From the NCBI GenBank assembly GCA_026023565.1, contig JAPETS010000045.1, forward strand, positions 124,001-188,000: 64,000 nucleotides of DNA. The letters run 5' to 3'. The notes beneath the pieces were generated by a model. That model was not told where the DNA came from. It searched no databases and saw nothing but the letters and a program-made list of their open reading frames with translations. Position 1 is the stretch's first letter. Every line of letters begins with the position of its first letter. Shown here in pieces: positions 1-13,603 of the stretch. Source of the DNA: Cirrosporium novae-zelandiae. Taxonomy: Eukaryota. The translations under genes were made by a program, and so were the position numbers.

Positions 1-122
1 AGCATAGGGACAAGAAAAAGGAAAGCGATCCGTTTGGGGAGGGATATTGCAAGGATGGTAGAATGATCTCAATGGGCAAGAAGGACGAGTTGGTTCAGTG
101 GGCACCCGTGTCATGGAACTGA
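1..122 (+). CDS. 3' end of a gene entering the window (unknown product)
   Basis: Open frame from base 3 (HRDKKKESDPFGEGYCKDGRMISMGKKDELVQWAPVSWN) ends at TGA 120-122 and is followed by AT-rich 3'-UTR-like sequence. No family recognised. Confidence 0.4.
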   Translation, partial: HRDKKKESDPFGEGYCKDGRMISMGKKDELVQWAPVSWN

Positions 123-484
123 AAAGGCGTTTTTTAGGTAGCGGATACGTATTGGTTGTTGCATTTGGGAGTGTCACACAGCATTATACCCTATGGACGT
201 TGCCGCATTGAGGATCCTAGCTTCAGGTATTTGAACTTGGTAGATATTATTCAAATTTTTATTTAGTATTGTCGTTAAAATGCCGCGCTAGGTTTAGGAA
301 ATGGAGATAATTTGGAATATTACTTATATAAATATATGTCTAAATTGTTCAACTTTTATATATATATAATTTAACCTTTTTCATCAAACTATCTCTATAA
401 GATAATGGAAAGGTTATAGATATTCATTCCTAACATTATCTAAACAAGAGGAGCTTATGAATACTCCAGATATCCCTATATCAA

Positions 485-1809
485 TTACGCTAAATATTCA
501 GCCCCACAGTCACCCATCTGCTGGAACATCTCGTCTCTTCGACTCTTCCGTAGCACCTGTTCCACTAATTCCTGGTCGTCTCGATCAAGCTTCCACCCGT
601 AGACTGGAAGGTTATCTTGTGTACGATCGCTGACTCCCATCCTTGTTCCCACGATCACAGCCCCGACAAAATCATGGTCAAGAACCCATCTAGTACCGAC
701 GTTCGACATTGAAACCGAGTGCTTCTGCGCTATCTGTGAAAGGACCGAAAGAAGTTCTTGGAAAAGTTGCCAGCCGCCCCAGGCACGAATTTCTTCAAAG
801 TACTAAACATTATATCTTAATCTAGGCCATCCATGGAATAGATTGTGCAAATTTTGAGACGCATACCTTCCGATGACTGGGTGTCATACCTTCACCATAT
901 AAATCTGGTTGGGGTTTTCCAAGCCATTTGTCCGCGATAAAGCCACCACATAGAGTTCCATAAGTCAAAAGCTTCACGTCATGCTTTCTGCATGCTGTAC
1001 CCATTTTCATGGTTGGCCGAGAGTCGATCAATGAAAACTAATTTTTAGTGTTAGATGCTCTTATCCAAAACTGCGTACTCAAACGGAAAGTCTTACTTGG
1101 ACTTGATTCGAGACCACATTGATACCAGCATCTAGGACCTGTTCCATTTTTTCGGTCTCCATATTTACAACACCGAGAGCAGATATTCTTTCATCGCCCT
1201 GGAGAAATTTGAGGGCATCAAGGTGCTCCCCGTTGTTGCACTTCCAAAGGAGCGTAGTCAGCAGCGTCGTTTTACCTTTTTATGCTCTAAGGAATACTTA
1301 CATATTGGATATAGAATTGGCAGAGGTCGATCTTGTCGGATTTTATATTCTTTAGCCTCTGTGTGACATTTGCTCGTAACATCTCCGAGGTAGGGGTTAT
1401 GGGATTAAAGAAGCATATCTTGGTTGCACAATATATGGATTCCGGTCCCTTGTACTGGGATCGAAAGCGTCCAAATATTAGTTCCGCGTCGCCATAATGG
1501 TCAGCCATGTCTACAGTGAAGATAATTTAGTATCGATTATTCTAATCCTGAATTTCTTTTACCTGGTGGAGTATTGCACAAGCTGAATGATATTATATCG
1601 AACATACCAAACGCCGTAAATCCTGCCTCTACGAGCTTCTGGAAATGTTTTTTGATCTTGAATCCCGGAGACGATCCCCATGCCGGGCTGGAAGTTTGCC
1701 AAAGGCCAATGAATATTCTTGGCACTAAACTTTCACTCAACTGGAAGGTCTCGTGGATCCCTTTTGTAGGCTGGATGGTTGACGCTGAAATGGTTTTTTC
1801 TTCGGTCAT
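485..1809 (-). CDS. Aldo/keto reductase (5 exons)
   Basis: Spliced reading gives PRIFIGLWQ, AGFTAFDMADHYGDAE (catalytic D..Y), ATK, SNQVQFSLIDSRP, LLTYGTLCGGF and VIVGTR. All four introns are GT..AG and the frame is intact. Confidence 0.9.
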
Positions 1810-2240
1810 TGTCCGAAAGAGCTGATGTTATATTTTGTAAGTTGAAAGGTGAGAAGTCTTTTGGAACCTATAGATGACTCTGGGAGACTTGATGAATTTA
1901 CCCAATTGAAGGCTGTGATGAATCAATTACATTAAGAGCATACCTAGGAAAGCTCGATACATATGTATGAAGATGGATGGTGTCTAGAGTCAGTACTCTA
2001 GTAAGTAAAATGGACCCACGGCTGTGAGAAAATTGCCCGACCGGCCTTCTAACGCACATGGAGGATCCTCATAAATCATCGTAAGTAATACGAGCACCAT
2101 CGGATTGGCTGTTTTGTAGCTGTTCTTTCCAATCAATCACATACATTACCTTCTTGAATAACTATACTGATCTGTGATCACCTGTGGTCAAGTTCTTATA
2201 AGCTTTCAAATATTGCCATTCAGACCTGCTTTATATCAAA

Positions 2241-2840
2241 ATGTCCGTCAACGGTGCCGGGGCAGCCAGGACTGCCCATGTCAATATGATGACCGACACT
2301 GTGATTACCAACCTACCATCAAATGGCCTGCGATCAATAATACGCGCCCAACTTGCCCGAGATCCAGAATTCACCTCATTTTTCCTCTCACAAGCCCGCG
2401 ACTATCTAGAGACTACTAGCACGCCAGCGACCGAGCCATTATTTATTGATATATCTACCAAGGCCCCAAAACCTTCACCCGAGTTTGATAGATCGCAAAA
2501 AAGAGCACGCTCAATGATGGGATGTGGTCTTGTGTTTGAAAGTTTACGACTGTTGGAAAGAGTTGTGAGGGAAGCCGAGCAGCTGATGTGGGATGAAGAA
2601 ACGGAAGAAGGAGAGTTCATCATGGATCAATTGGCAACTATTGACGGAGATATTGTACAAGGTGTTACTGCGGTGCAGAAGGTGCTTTCTGGATCGAATG
2701 GGACCAGGGAATTGAGTGCGTCCGAGAAGGAGGTAGTAGATATATTGAAGGAGACTCTGGTATCGTGTCAATCTAACGCCGAGGTTAAAGGTCTGGAGTT
2801 TATGTTTGAGCGAGGGCTTGCAAGTCTAGATGCTTTATGA
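2241..2840 (+). CDS. Hypothetical fungal protein, 199 aa, predicted helical, single exon
   Basis: ATG-initiated intronless ORF with a TATA-like TTATAA about 45 bp upstream. Divergent from the AKR. No catalytic motif recognised. Confidence 0.75.
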   Translation: MSVNGAGAARTAHVNMMTDTVITNLPSNGLRSIIRAQLARDPEFTSFFLSQARDYLETTSTPATEPLFIDISTKAPKPSPEFDRSQKRARSMMGCGLVFESLRLLERVVREAEQLMWDEETEEGEFIMDQLATIDGDIVQGVTAVQKVLSGSNGTRELSASEKEVVDILKETLVSCQSNAEVKGLEFMFERGLASLDAL

Positions 2841-2912
2841 AGTTGTTGACGAAGTTTGTAGGCGTTTCAGCATTTCAGTTTCAGGCATGTAAGCCATCCT
2901 CCGCGCTTCTGT

Positions 2913-3190
2913 GATAAGCGACGGTTGGGCACAGCTAAACGCGATCCTGTTCCTCTTAAATATGCTCGGCATTCATTCTTGATATCAACCCGCATCTTTG
3001 CCTACTCGAGGCAACTTGAGATTTAATGTCAAATCTTACTGAATATATATCTGACAATGTAATAAGAGTACACTTGCTGATAAGAAATTAACCGGTAAAT
3101 GGCTTAAATGTCCGATACGATACCCCATCCAGCATAAGCATCGGACTTTTAAATTGACCAGGGTTGAGTTGACTGAGTCTAACTCTTATC
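2913..3190. promoter_or_regulatory. Cluster of GATAAG (AreA/NIT2-type) sites upstream of the amino-acid permease
   Basis: GATAAG at 2913-2918 and 3079-3084, CTTATC at 3185-3190. Confidence 0.4.
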
Positions 3191-3405
3191 TGCGTTGGCA
3201 TTTCTTGAACAAGACCTCTTTTTGATTTACTCGGTATTTGCAATGGAGATTTTTGCTCTTATTTGAGAAAACTTGAATATCAAAAATAGTAGCAGTCGTT
3301 GATCTTATTACTTGCTTTTCTTTTGAGATGGTGGGACTAATCACTCACTTCAACTACCATTCTACCGGACAAGCATAATCACAACAGTTACTAGGCCACG
3401 GGTGA

Positions 3406-5497
3406 ATGAAAATGGGTGCTGAAGCTTTCAAATCAAACGTGGGCAGGGTTACCTCCAACGAGGAAAGCCAGAATGAGTCGTCAATGGAGCGAGATGTTGA
3501 AGAGGGAACAGTGGAGCCCGAGCAAATCAAAAGGATCCTGGAATCTCGTCATATTAATATGATTGCCCTCGCCGGGATGATCGTGAGAGCGCCTACTTAA
3601 CAGAACTCCTAAAGATTTTACTAATATCTGTCCTAAAGGGAACGGGTCTTTTCCTTAGCTCAGGCTCCGCCATTGCCAAAGCAGGACCAGCTGGGGCTCT
3701 CCTTGGATACATTTTTATGGGACTTATTACTGCAGGCATTTCCTACACTACTGGTGAGATCTCGACTTTCATGCCGGTCACTGGTGGGTTTGTTCGGCAT
3801 GCTACCCATTTCATTGAACCGGCAATGGGGGCAGCAACCGGATGGAACTTCTGTAAGAGCTTGCCGTTTTAGTTTTAGGCGTTTTATCAGATCCTCATTT
3901 GAAATCCAGGGTACACTCTCGCCATCACTACTCCAGCCGAGATCAGTGCAGCTGCAACCTTAATTCAGTTTTGGAATGACACAATCAATCCCGGAGTTTG
4001 GATTACCGTATTTTTGGTCTGCATCGTGATTATCAACTTTGCAGGAGTTCGTTTATACGGAGAGGTATGATATATAAATTTGCTACAGTTACAGCCTTCA
4101 ACTACCCTAAGAAGCTTATGAATCCGACTTCGTATAGTCTGAAGTTGCTTTTGCCTCCATGAAGGTATTATTAGTAATCGGCCTCATCTTGACTGGACTT
4201 ATCGTGGATCTTGGTGGTGGACCAAATCATAAACGGCTAGGTTTTCACTACTGGAAGGACCCAGGGGCATTCAACGAGTATCTTGTTGAGGGTAGCACAG
4301 GCAGATTTCTTGGATTTTGGGGAACTCTGATTAGTGCTGCTTTTAGTTACGGAAATATCCAGATCGTTGCGATCTCTGGTACTGAAACACTTAATCCATT
4401 CAAGATTATCCCTGATGCCACCAAGAAAACCTTCTATAGGGTTTTATTCTTCTATGTGCTCAGCATTTTGATTGTGGGCATGATTGTGTAAGTTGGACAA
4501 CATTCACGATATTTAGCAATAGGATTAAGCTGCTAATATCATGTCGAAGACCGTATAATGACCCAGAATTGGGGATATCCACGGGCACTGCCGCACAATC
4601 TCCTTTTGTTATAGCCTTCCAAAGAGCTGGGATTAGCGTCCTACCATCGATTATCAATGCCGTGGTTATGACGTCTGCCTTCAGTGCCGCTTCTGCGTGT
4701 GTCTTTATATCATCTCGAACGCTGTACGGACTTAGCAGAGAAGGCCAGGCACCCCATTGTTTCCAAAAATGTAATAGATACGGCACACCATACTATGCTG
4801 TGGGCTCAGTCTGTGGACTCCTCCCATTGGTTTATCTCAATGTTGCGAACAACACTTCTACTGTATTCAGTTGGTTTGTCAACATTACTACAGTTGCCGG
4901 CTTGATCGGCTGGATAGTTCTATGCGCATCTTATCTGCGGTTTTTTTACGGCTTGAAAGTTCAAGGGATATCGCGAGACGGTACGGATCTTTTGATAGGT
5001 CAAATCATTATCAAATCGGAACTATCGCTAACTTAAATCTCGAGATAGAGCTTGTGTACAAGAGTCCTCTCCAGCCATATATAGCCTGGGGTTCTATGTT
5101 CGCGGTGTTCCTCATCATCCTCTTCTCGGGTGAGTAATCCCTATGAACTAGCTTAATTTTTTCTAGTCTGCTCATTGAACGTATAATCAGGCTTCGACGT
5201 CTTTTTCCCTGGAAACTTTTCAGCTTCTTCGTTTTTGACCTACTATATCAACATTCCGATCTTCTTAGGTAGGAGTGCCGCTAGTCAGTATACAATTTAC
5301 CTATATAACATTGATTGATATCCTCCTTAGGTGCATACGTCTTCTTCAAGTTTTCCATGAAGTCGCATATCATTCCGCTCGACCAGATTGATTTCTCAAA
5401 GGAATTAGGGGCTATACGCGAATATAAAGCAGCCCTTAAGGAGTTGGAGAAAAAGAAGGTTGGGTTGGCAAGGAATATATGGGATAAGATTTTTTAA
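3406..5497 (+). CDS. Amino-acid permease (APC superfamily, YAT family), 8 exons
   Basis: RHINMIALAGMIGTGLFL, GVRLYGESEVAFASMK, GFHYWKDPGAF, SPFVIA, SRTLYGL and YKSPLQPY motifs. Seven canonical introns; frame intact. Confidence 0.93.
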
Positions 5498-6165
5498 TCT
5501 CGTCAGACATTTGGTATTGGTAATATATTATGCTATACTGACCCTAGCTTTAAAGTTCTCCAGCTTTACAATAGTTCTTCTACAATTACTATAGAAGTGA
5601 TTTTGAAGAGCTCGGCAGTTTTCGGGGGTGTAGAAGATTGGTTAGGTATAGTTATAAATTAGTCGGCTCTGCCTATAGTCATAAAATTGTATATCCAGCC
5701 TAAGAAATAACAGAAAATAAACATATTTTTTAATGATATATATATAATTAGTAGTAAAGGGTTCTAAATAGAATGATTATGCTTTGTTTGTTGCAAGAAA
5801 TAAAGTATTTTCCAAGGTAGACAAAATAATTTCTGGCAAAGGATTTGAGATATATGACTGATGTACTTAACACATATCTATGTGTATTTTATTTATCAGA
5901 AATCCATCTATAACTTTTTTAATCCTAGTGTCAAAGAGTTATTCTGTATAAACCGAGTGTAATTTTCTGTATTGGCTGGGGGGTGTTAGATAGCTTATCT
6001 TTGTCTGAGCTTCGGTCTGCATTCGAGAAAGCGAAAAGCGACCAACTTCCATACGACACCAATTGTATGAATGCAAAACACTGGATGGCTATCCCTAAGA
6101 AACTTCCAATAGATATGCCTGCACTCCAAGGTTCATCTTGACTATTCTATCAAGGGTTTCTCGTC

Positions 6166-8557
6166 ATGGAACACCCACTTTCTCCGTCTCTAAAATTGTG
6201 AGAATGCATCCATAATCCCTAATTGATCCATGTCCTGGTCTGACTATATATGCTTGCGACTACTTAGTCGAATTCCGAGTAATGGTGCATGCTTAACTTG
6301 CCGAAAGCTGAAGTTGAAATGCACAAGGGAACCGGAAGCCATACAATGTAACAGATGCATCCTTAAGCGCCTCGACTGTCTTTTTCTTAACCATAAGCGT
6401 GGAAGAAAAAAGGGGTTTAGGTTGGTCTTACTAACGATTCTGTCTATAAAATCTTTGGCTAACACAAGCTGGCAGGCTGAAAAAGCCATCAGATGGCCAT
6501 GACTCATCCCAAAAGATATTATCGCTCCAGAGCAGCTGCCCTAATGAAAATGGGTTAATTGGAGAAGCTGACTCTCAAAATAACGATATAAATTTGAGTA
6601 CACAGAACAACCAGACTTGGTCCCCAGCTATGACACTCGATCTCGCTAGCTGTGAACACCGGACATCACAGCTAAATGAAAGTACAAGTCTAGGAAAGAC
6701 TAAAGAGACTTTGGTCAGGACAGATGCTCTTGCACCATTTAAACTGTTGAGTCAGAAATCCATGACTGAAAAATTCTCAATCCGAAATGTCCTCAATCTG
6801 GAGGAGGGTGATAGTCTGCCAAGTGATCGCGATCGTGCTATTTCGATAAGTAAGCCGCAGGCCGGGGCATCGGGAGATATGCAAGATCCTGTGTCGATTG
6901 GGCTTGTCAACCTTCCCACAGCACAAACGTTATTTGATAGGTATGAACATTTTCCGGTACTTAGATTCAACGGCTACAGGGGCTCACGGATATGTCACAG
7001 CTTTATGAAATATCTGAACCCATTTATCTGCCAGTTCGACCCTATCCTCCACACATTCTCTTACGTGCAACAGCATTCTTCATTTCTTCTTACTGCTATC
7101 CTAGCGGCAGCCGCCAGAGCTTTTAATCCAAGTCTGGTGTCAAGCCTGCGCGACCATTGCGAGGCATTACTTGCGCGGTCATTTATCAATGGAGAGAAGT
7201 CTACAGAAATAATACAGGCAATCATGCTCTCAACGTACTGGAAAGAAGCGGATGATACCCGCTCTTGGCAGCTGGTTGGACATGCGGCCCGTGTCTGCTT
7301 GGAGCTGAGATGGAACAAATTGAAACATCGAGGTGCAGAAGTAGAGTCGGAAATTGAAATTAGAGAGAGAAGGAATATAGAACGAACATATCTGGTGTTG
7401 TTTGTCTATGATCGAAGGTAGAGCCTTTCTTCCCCTCTGACTCAAACTCGTTGTTCATGAATACTTCAATTTAGCATAAGCCTCCAGCTCGGAAAACCAT
7501 GGATGCTGCATGTCGATGACTTTATCCGTGGGACAGAAACATGGTATGCATGTCGATATGCGGTTATGAATAATGACGCGATACTATCTGCCTTTGTCGA
7601 GCTTCGAAAGATAGGTCCTGATATTTTGGAATTGATCTCATCTGATCTATCGTACGGGCATCACCAATCGTATGAAATTATGCTTAATCTTTTCAATACA
7701 GACCTGGATAAATGGGAAGAAAGATGGTATGAGGCCTCTAAGGGTGAGTTTCAAGGACCAATGTAGTTTAATAGGTAACACCTATAGAAACTGACTTCAT
7801 GACAGGATCTGATGACCATATATATATATTCCTCATCCGATTCTATGGGGTGCATTTTCGGCTATTCTTGAACTCTTTCCGTCTTCAGCTCTCCCTCTTT
7901 TGGATTCCGAGTATATCAAAGCAAGCTCTACGTTCCTGCTTCTCAAGCGCTTCCCAAATGATAGACCTGGCCATTGAACACCTGGTCCCATCTCAACTTC
8001 TTTATTTCGCTCAGGATTCCGTCCATGTTATGATGGCTTATGCAGCCGTCTTCTTGATGAAAGTTCTCCTTTCCCTGTCGACGCTTCTTCCCGAAAACGC
8101 CGAGACCTCGATACTTGATTTGCTTCAACGTGCTAGCGATTGTTTTGCTTCACAGTGCTTGAACTCCAATTCTAGTTGCGCTTACCAGGCACGATTCTTG
8201 AAGAGCTTGGTTGCTCAGTATGAACGCTCAAAAGGAAGACTTCTAATATCTCCCAGAACTACATTTGAAGCGGATAACATATCAACGGTAAGGGAACTAA
8301 CACAACAAACATACTATCCCAATCCAGCAAATGATGATATTACACTGCAAGTGACTGGGGGTACAATAACCAGGCCTTGTAGCCCCCAACCTCATGCCCA
8401 TCCGACAAAAACAGTCGTGTTGCAGCAGCAACAAGGAGTCCAGGATCCCGATATAAGCTATGTCGCCCCAAATTTCACAGATAGCGAGCTGTGGGGTTCT
8501 TTATTTGCCGACGCAGGGTTCAGCATTGACGAAGGGATGTTTCTTCCAGCGACATGA
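6166..8557 (+). CDS. Zn(II)2Cys6 transcription factor with fungal-specific TF middle domain
   Basis: ATG at 6166, then an intron, then ACLTCRKLKLKC...CNRCILKRLDC. Middle region has SSFLLTAIL and ERTYLVLFVYDRS; acidic tail. Five introns. Confidence 0.9.
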
Positions 8558-9318
8558 TTACTTACAGTCAAAGAAGGCCGAATAACCATTACTGGATTCT
8601 GAAATAAGAAACTAACCCATTGACAAGGGTATTGGGAGAATGACAGCATCCCGAGCAACCACGTTCCTTTGGCAAGGCTTGTAAGCATCAATCACCTGGA
8701 TATCCAGTAAACAATTGATGTGTAGCATATTACCATTGAGATCATTAACACTCAAGCTGCGCCGATCAGCTCCAACCACAAACGTGCTGAGCTATCTCAT
8801 TACTCCCGCACACGCACTCGCTCGGCCTCAATCAAACACCTATGTTTCTTATATCTTCATAATTCCACCGATCATGATCTAAGAAAAGAAACAACAGTTA
8901 TATATACATATCTACAATTGGCTTCATAGAAGATAATCATAGCAGCTTCTCTAAAATTATAACTCTGGAATTATCAAAAGAAAAAAAATCCCATTCAGCA
9001 GCTGGGGTAGTTGGCTGTAGGTATAAATACTTCATCTCAAGAGATTCTGGTGGTTAATTATTGCAATTATGCCTTTTTATTTTTTATCTTTATCTATCTT
9101 TTCGTCTTCGGTCTTGTCATTATCTATGCCCAAGAAGAAGAAGAAAAGGAAAGGAAAGGAAAGATTATTTTTTAATAGGGGTATAGGTCGGATATGACAA
9201 GGCATACCATTCAATTTAGTGTGATGTGGTGGATGTTGATATGGTTATATGAATCATATATGCTTTGGTATACATAGAATAGAATAGGAGTCGCTTGCAC
9301 CACCGTACGAAAATCCAT

Positions 9319-10841
9319 TCAAGAACTCGTGAATCTCCAAAACTTGACCGCAGAATCCTCCAAGGTTCCATTGATCGTGGAATTTCCATAAACCGTAAAT
9401 CCGCCATCCGAATCCCAGACATCTTCCACGACATACTTGGCATATGGATCGAGTCCGATATCGCTCGGCGTGAAGCTATAAGACCATGATCCTTTTATAG
9501 GTGTTGGATCAAAGAGGTCATTATTGCCCGAGTTTCCATAATTTGCAACCACAACCACAGCGACCCCAGAGCTATTGGGTCCCGCAATCCAGACCTGGCC
9601 TTGACGGCCATAGGATTCGTTGCTGTTACCCTGCGTGGGGCGCATGGGGTACCCAGATGTGAAGTCGGCGATCTCGAGCACGAGGTCGTTGGTCAAAAGA
9701 GAAAGCCCATAGTCGTCAATCGCGGTCATATTGGAGCCGATGATGAGATTCGCTCCCGCGCCAACCCAGTGCGTCATGACTGCTTGCCGTTGGGTGTCGG
9801 TGATGCCGCTGAGAGAGGCGCTGTTGCCCACGAAGAGGTTGTCCATGTCCGGATAGATTGTTAGGGTGCTGTAGTTCTGGTTGACTTGCACGATGTATTC
9901 TCGATACTGCTCAATGGCGCGCTGCACGGTGGACCATTGCGTTTGCACTCCATCCCCACCGTTGAGATCTTGATCCGTGCGCATCGTGTCGGCACTGGGT
10001 GGTGGGAAGGCTTAGACAAAATACTGTTGCAGATTTGATGGGAAGCTTACTTTGTTCTCCAGATACTGTAGTAGGGCTCGTTGCGGTCGAGCTTCCATGA
10101 TATATCCAAACGGACTGGGCGATCCTGTTGGGCAATTGCGCTATGATAGCATTTGACGATCCCGCTGTTATCTGCAAGAAGATCTACTCCGTTGTCAGGA
10201 CTTCCGGGAGTTACATAGTCTAGTTTGATCATATCAACCCCCCTGTGATAATTTATCAGTTTACTTCAACTGACATGGAAATATAGAAATTTTGATATTT
10301 CTGGTTCGTTTCATTTTTCCATAACTTACCACTCTGAGAATTGGTCAAGCACAGAGTTGCACCATAGCTGAGCCCCGGGATGACTGTAGTTGAGATCAAT
10401 TCTCGACATTCCATTGTTGTGCCCATTACCAATCTCCGAGAGAGTATAGTTGGTGCCTTTGATTGTCTTATTGGCATCGCTTTCAAAATAACCAGGCACC
10501 ACATAAACTCCAAGCTTCAGCCCTTCATCATGCAGATGGTCTGCCAAGGTGGGAATATCAAAGACGGATGTATCATAGGTGATCCGTCCGTACTCGTCGC
10601 CCTCGGAGCCTACAGACCAACCGGAATCCAAAGAACAAAGATCGTAACCGTATCCATCAAGCAGATTCACGAGTTGGTCGCACTGTGTGATGACGTTCTC
10701 TTGGTTGTAAGTCATGCCGAGACTCTGCATTGCAAAACTGTTCCATCCCCTGGGCGCTGCAGAGTAGCCTCCCGGGGTAGTCCCATACTGTAGTGCCGCC
10801 ACGGCTGAAGCAAGCATGCCGAGGATAGTCGGGCGCAACAT
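9319..10841 (-). CDS. Secreted glycoside hydrolase family 27 (alpha-galactosidase-like), 3 exons
   Basis: Signal peptide; PRGWNSF, LDSGW, LADHLHDEGLKLGVY, WGVDMIKLDY (nucleophile), MRTDQD, YPDMDNL; C-terminal beta-sandwich (VEDVWD). Confidence 0.88.
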
Positions 10842-11714
10842 TGTCGTTGGGGGGGGGGGCCAAACAAAGCACTATAAAGGTCTTAAAGAGAGAAGAAAAT
10901 AATCAAGCTGTTTTGTGTTTTATTTTATGAAATCATCCCTTGGTACCTTTAAGTAGTGGGAGCCAACTAGGCTGATGTTAGTAAATTTATTTTTGCAGAT
11001 CATTCTTATGAAGTGAGGAAAATGTAGATGATGATTGTTTATTTTATTTTTTTTGTTTAGTGGGTCGAATCCAGGTTGTTATGGATTATGTTGAGTAATT
11101 ACCTAGGTATTGACTGTCAGCCTCCTTGGTGGTTTGTTTGGGAGCCATGGAAATATCTACTGCGGCTTTGGTAGTTTTGGTGAACTGTATGTAAGACCTA
11201 CCGTCAAGACTTTTCCCTTGGGAGTTACATTATTGCAATTAGTTTGACACACTTCAACTTAATCTTCATAGCTTCGCTGACAAGGCTCTATCCTCGACAA
11301 CGATGGAGTGATATCCTTGTTACTTACTTTCTACTATAGTAGACATGTCAAAAGTCATCCATGGGAATAACCAAGAGAGGTCCAACCATTGTAGCCATTC
11401 CAGCTGCTCTTCATGACTATCGCTAAATCCTTGTTATATTTAGTACCAAAGTGTCAGCTGCCAAGGACCCGAGGTATTGACGGTGGCCGCATCGAATGGA
11501 AATAGAAATGAAAAATGAAAAAAAAAAAACTGAAGTGGAGGTGGAGATGGAAATGAAAACGAATATTGGTTATGATGGATATCCTATCATCTTTGAAATA
11601 GCTAATATCTACTTACCCTGATTGTTATACTTCGTATCTTTTTAACCTGCTCTCAACATGCTTTTTCGAATTTCAAGCAGTCTTGTTTGTTAATATTTTG
11701 CTATTCGAATCGCC

Positions 11715-13603
11715 ATGTCCTTCAATAACTTCTTTCCTTACTATATGTTGTTGTTGTCGTTGTTATCAACCTTCGTCAGTCTTGCCGCTGCAGCTCCAAC
11801 ACTTTCTTCGCGCCAACAAACATCTTCACAGAACACATTTGTTCGAAGGTTTTATCATGGCTCATTCATAGTCAACAAAACCCTCTACATAGACGGTGGA
11901 GAGCAAACTGAACTAATCAATGGCATCATCAATAACCGAGTTCTGAACAACACCTTAGCCATCGATCTCAGCAGCTCCTTTCCCACGACAATCAACTCAA
12001 CCCTCTCTATAACCTCCATCGACAAAGGCGACTGCCCAAGCTTTAACTGGATCCAGCACTGGATCGATAGGTCCGATGGTAATAAAGTCTATGCATATGG
12101 TGGAGAATACAGCTATCTCCATCCATGGGTAAGCAGTGCCACGATACCACTCGAGGAACTGTGGGTCTTCTCGCCAACTGCCAGCGGCGGCGGGTCCTGG
12201 GCCCTTGTTGATACATCCACAAGTTCTTTCTGGAGCAGTGTTACCCGACCGCACTATGGTATGTGGGCGTACGGCGAAGCGGGGGGCTTCAACCTCGGCG
12301 GCTTTTCAGGCAGTCGCGGGAGTCAGAAAACAAACATTAATGGATACATCCCCATTCCGGGGCTACAGCATCTCAACTACACGTCTGGGAAATGGACAAA
12401 CAGTTCGGCTCTGGGCTATTCGGCAACAGGCACCGGCTCAGAGGGCGGGATGGCCTATGTACCGACGTGGGGATCCCAGGGCATATTGGTTGTGATAGGA
12501 GGCGTGACATCACCTTCGCTAGAGACATATACGGACTCAGCTAATCTCCAATCCATGACAAACATATCGGTCTATGACGTAGGGAAGCAGAAATGGTACA
12601 AGCAATTTGCAAGTGGAGATACTCCAGACCAAATGACGGATTTCTGCACCGTTGGAATTCAAGGCGGCGACAACAGTACCTTTGGTAGGTGCACCTTCTT
12701 TCAAACAAGCCCATGCATATCTGTCCTCACTAATCCCACCACCATCTAGAAATCCTCGTCTATGGCGGCCAAGACCAAACAACCACCACCCAAACCGACC
12801 ACCTCTACATCCTCTCCCTCCCCTCCTTCCGCTGGTTCAAAGCCAACTACACCTCCGCCGACCCTCGCATCTGGCACACCTGCCAAATGTATGGATCCCA
12901 ACTCCTCAGCGTTGGCGGCGTGAATCCCGGCCTCGGGTCTCGAGACCTCCAATACAACACTACGGACCCCTATAACTTCGGAATCAAAGTCTTCAATACG
13001 GCAAATATGAGCTGGGTTGATGAGTTTGATGCGGACCCGCCAGCTTATACACCCCCCGCTGCAATCCAAACTTACTACGCCTCTAACTCGAGATACCCGT
13101 CCCAGTGGACCCAACAGGGTCTCAAGACAGTTTTCGAACCGTCTTCTTCCTCATCTGCAACACCCCAATCATCCAAAAAATCCAACCACACAGCTGCTAT
13201 AGCGGGTGGCGTCGTAGGCGGTGTACTCGGCCTCACACTCCTATCCGGAATATGGTATTTCATAGCACGGAAATACCATTACCGACGACAGCAGCAAGGT
13301 TACCAGGATAATATAAACGCACCGAATGGGGCTAATGCGAACATGGCGTATGAGGTCGAGGCGAGAGATACGGAGAGGCGGGAGATGGAAGGAAATGGTA
13401 TGCCTATGACCATTTTTGGGTCGGACAAGGGGAAGGGGCAGTATCAGGAGATGGATGGAGAGAATGGGAAAAAAGTGGGCGGGGTGGCAGGACCGTTTGA
13501 GATGGATGGGGCCGTAGGCGGTCAGAATCAGACCCAGGCTCAGATGGACGATGGCAAGAATAAGAGTCCTCCGGACAATCACCAGCCGAATGAAGGAAAA
13601 TAA
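11715..13603 (+). CDS. Kelch/galactose-oxidase-like beta-propeller type I membrane protein, 2 exons
   Basis: Signal peptide, LYIDGG/YAYGG/LVVIGG/ILVYGG repeats, S/T-rich stalk, AAIAGGVVGGVLGL transmembrane helix, tail with YEV/EMEG motifs. Intron about 12686-12749. Confidence 0.85.
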
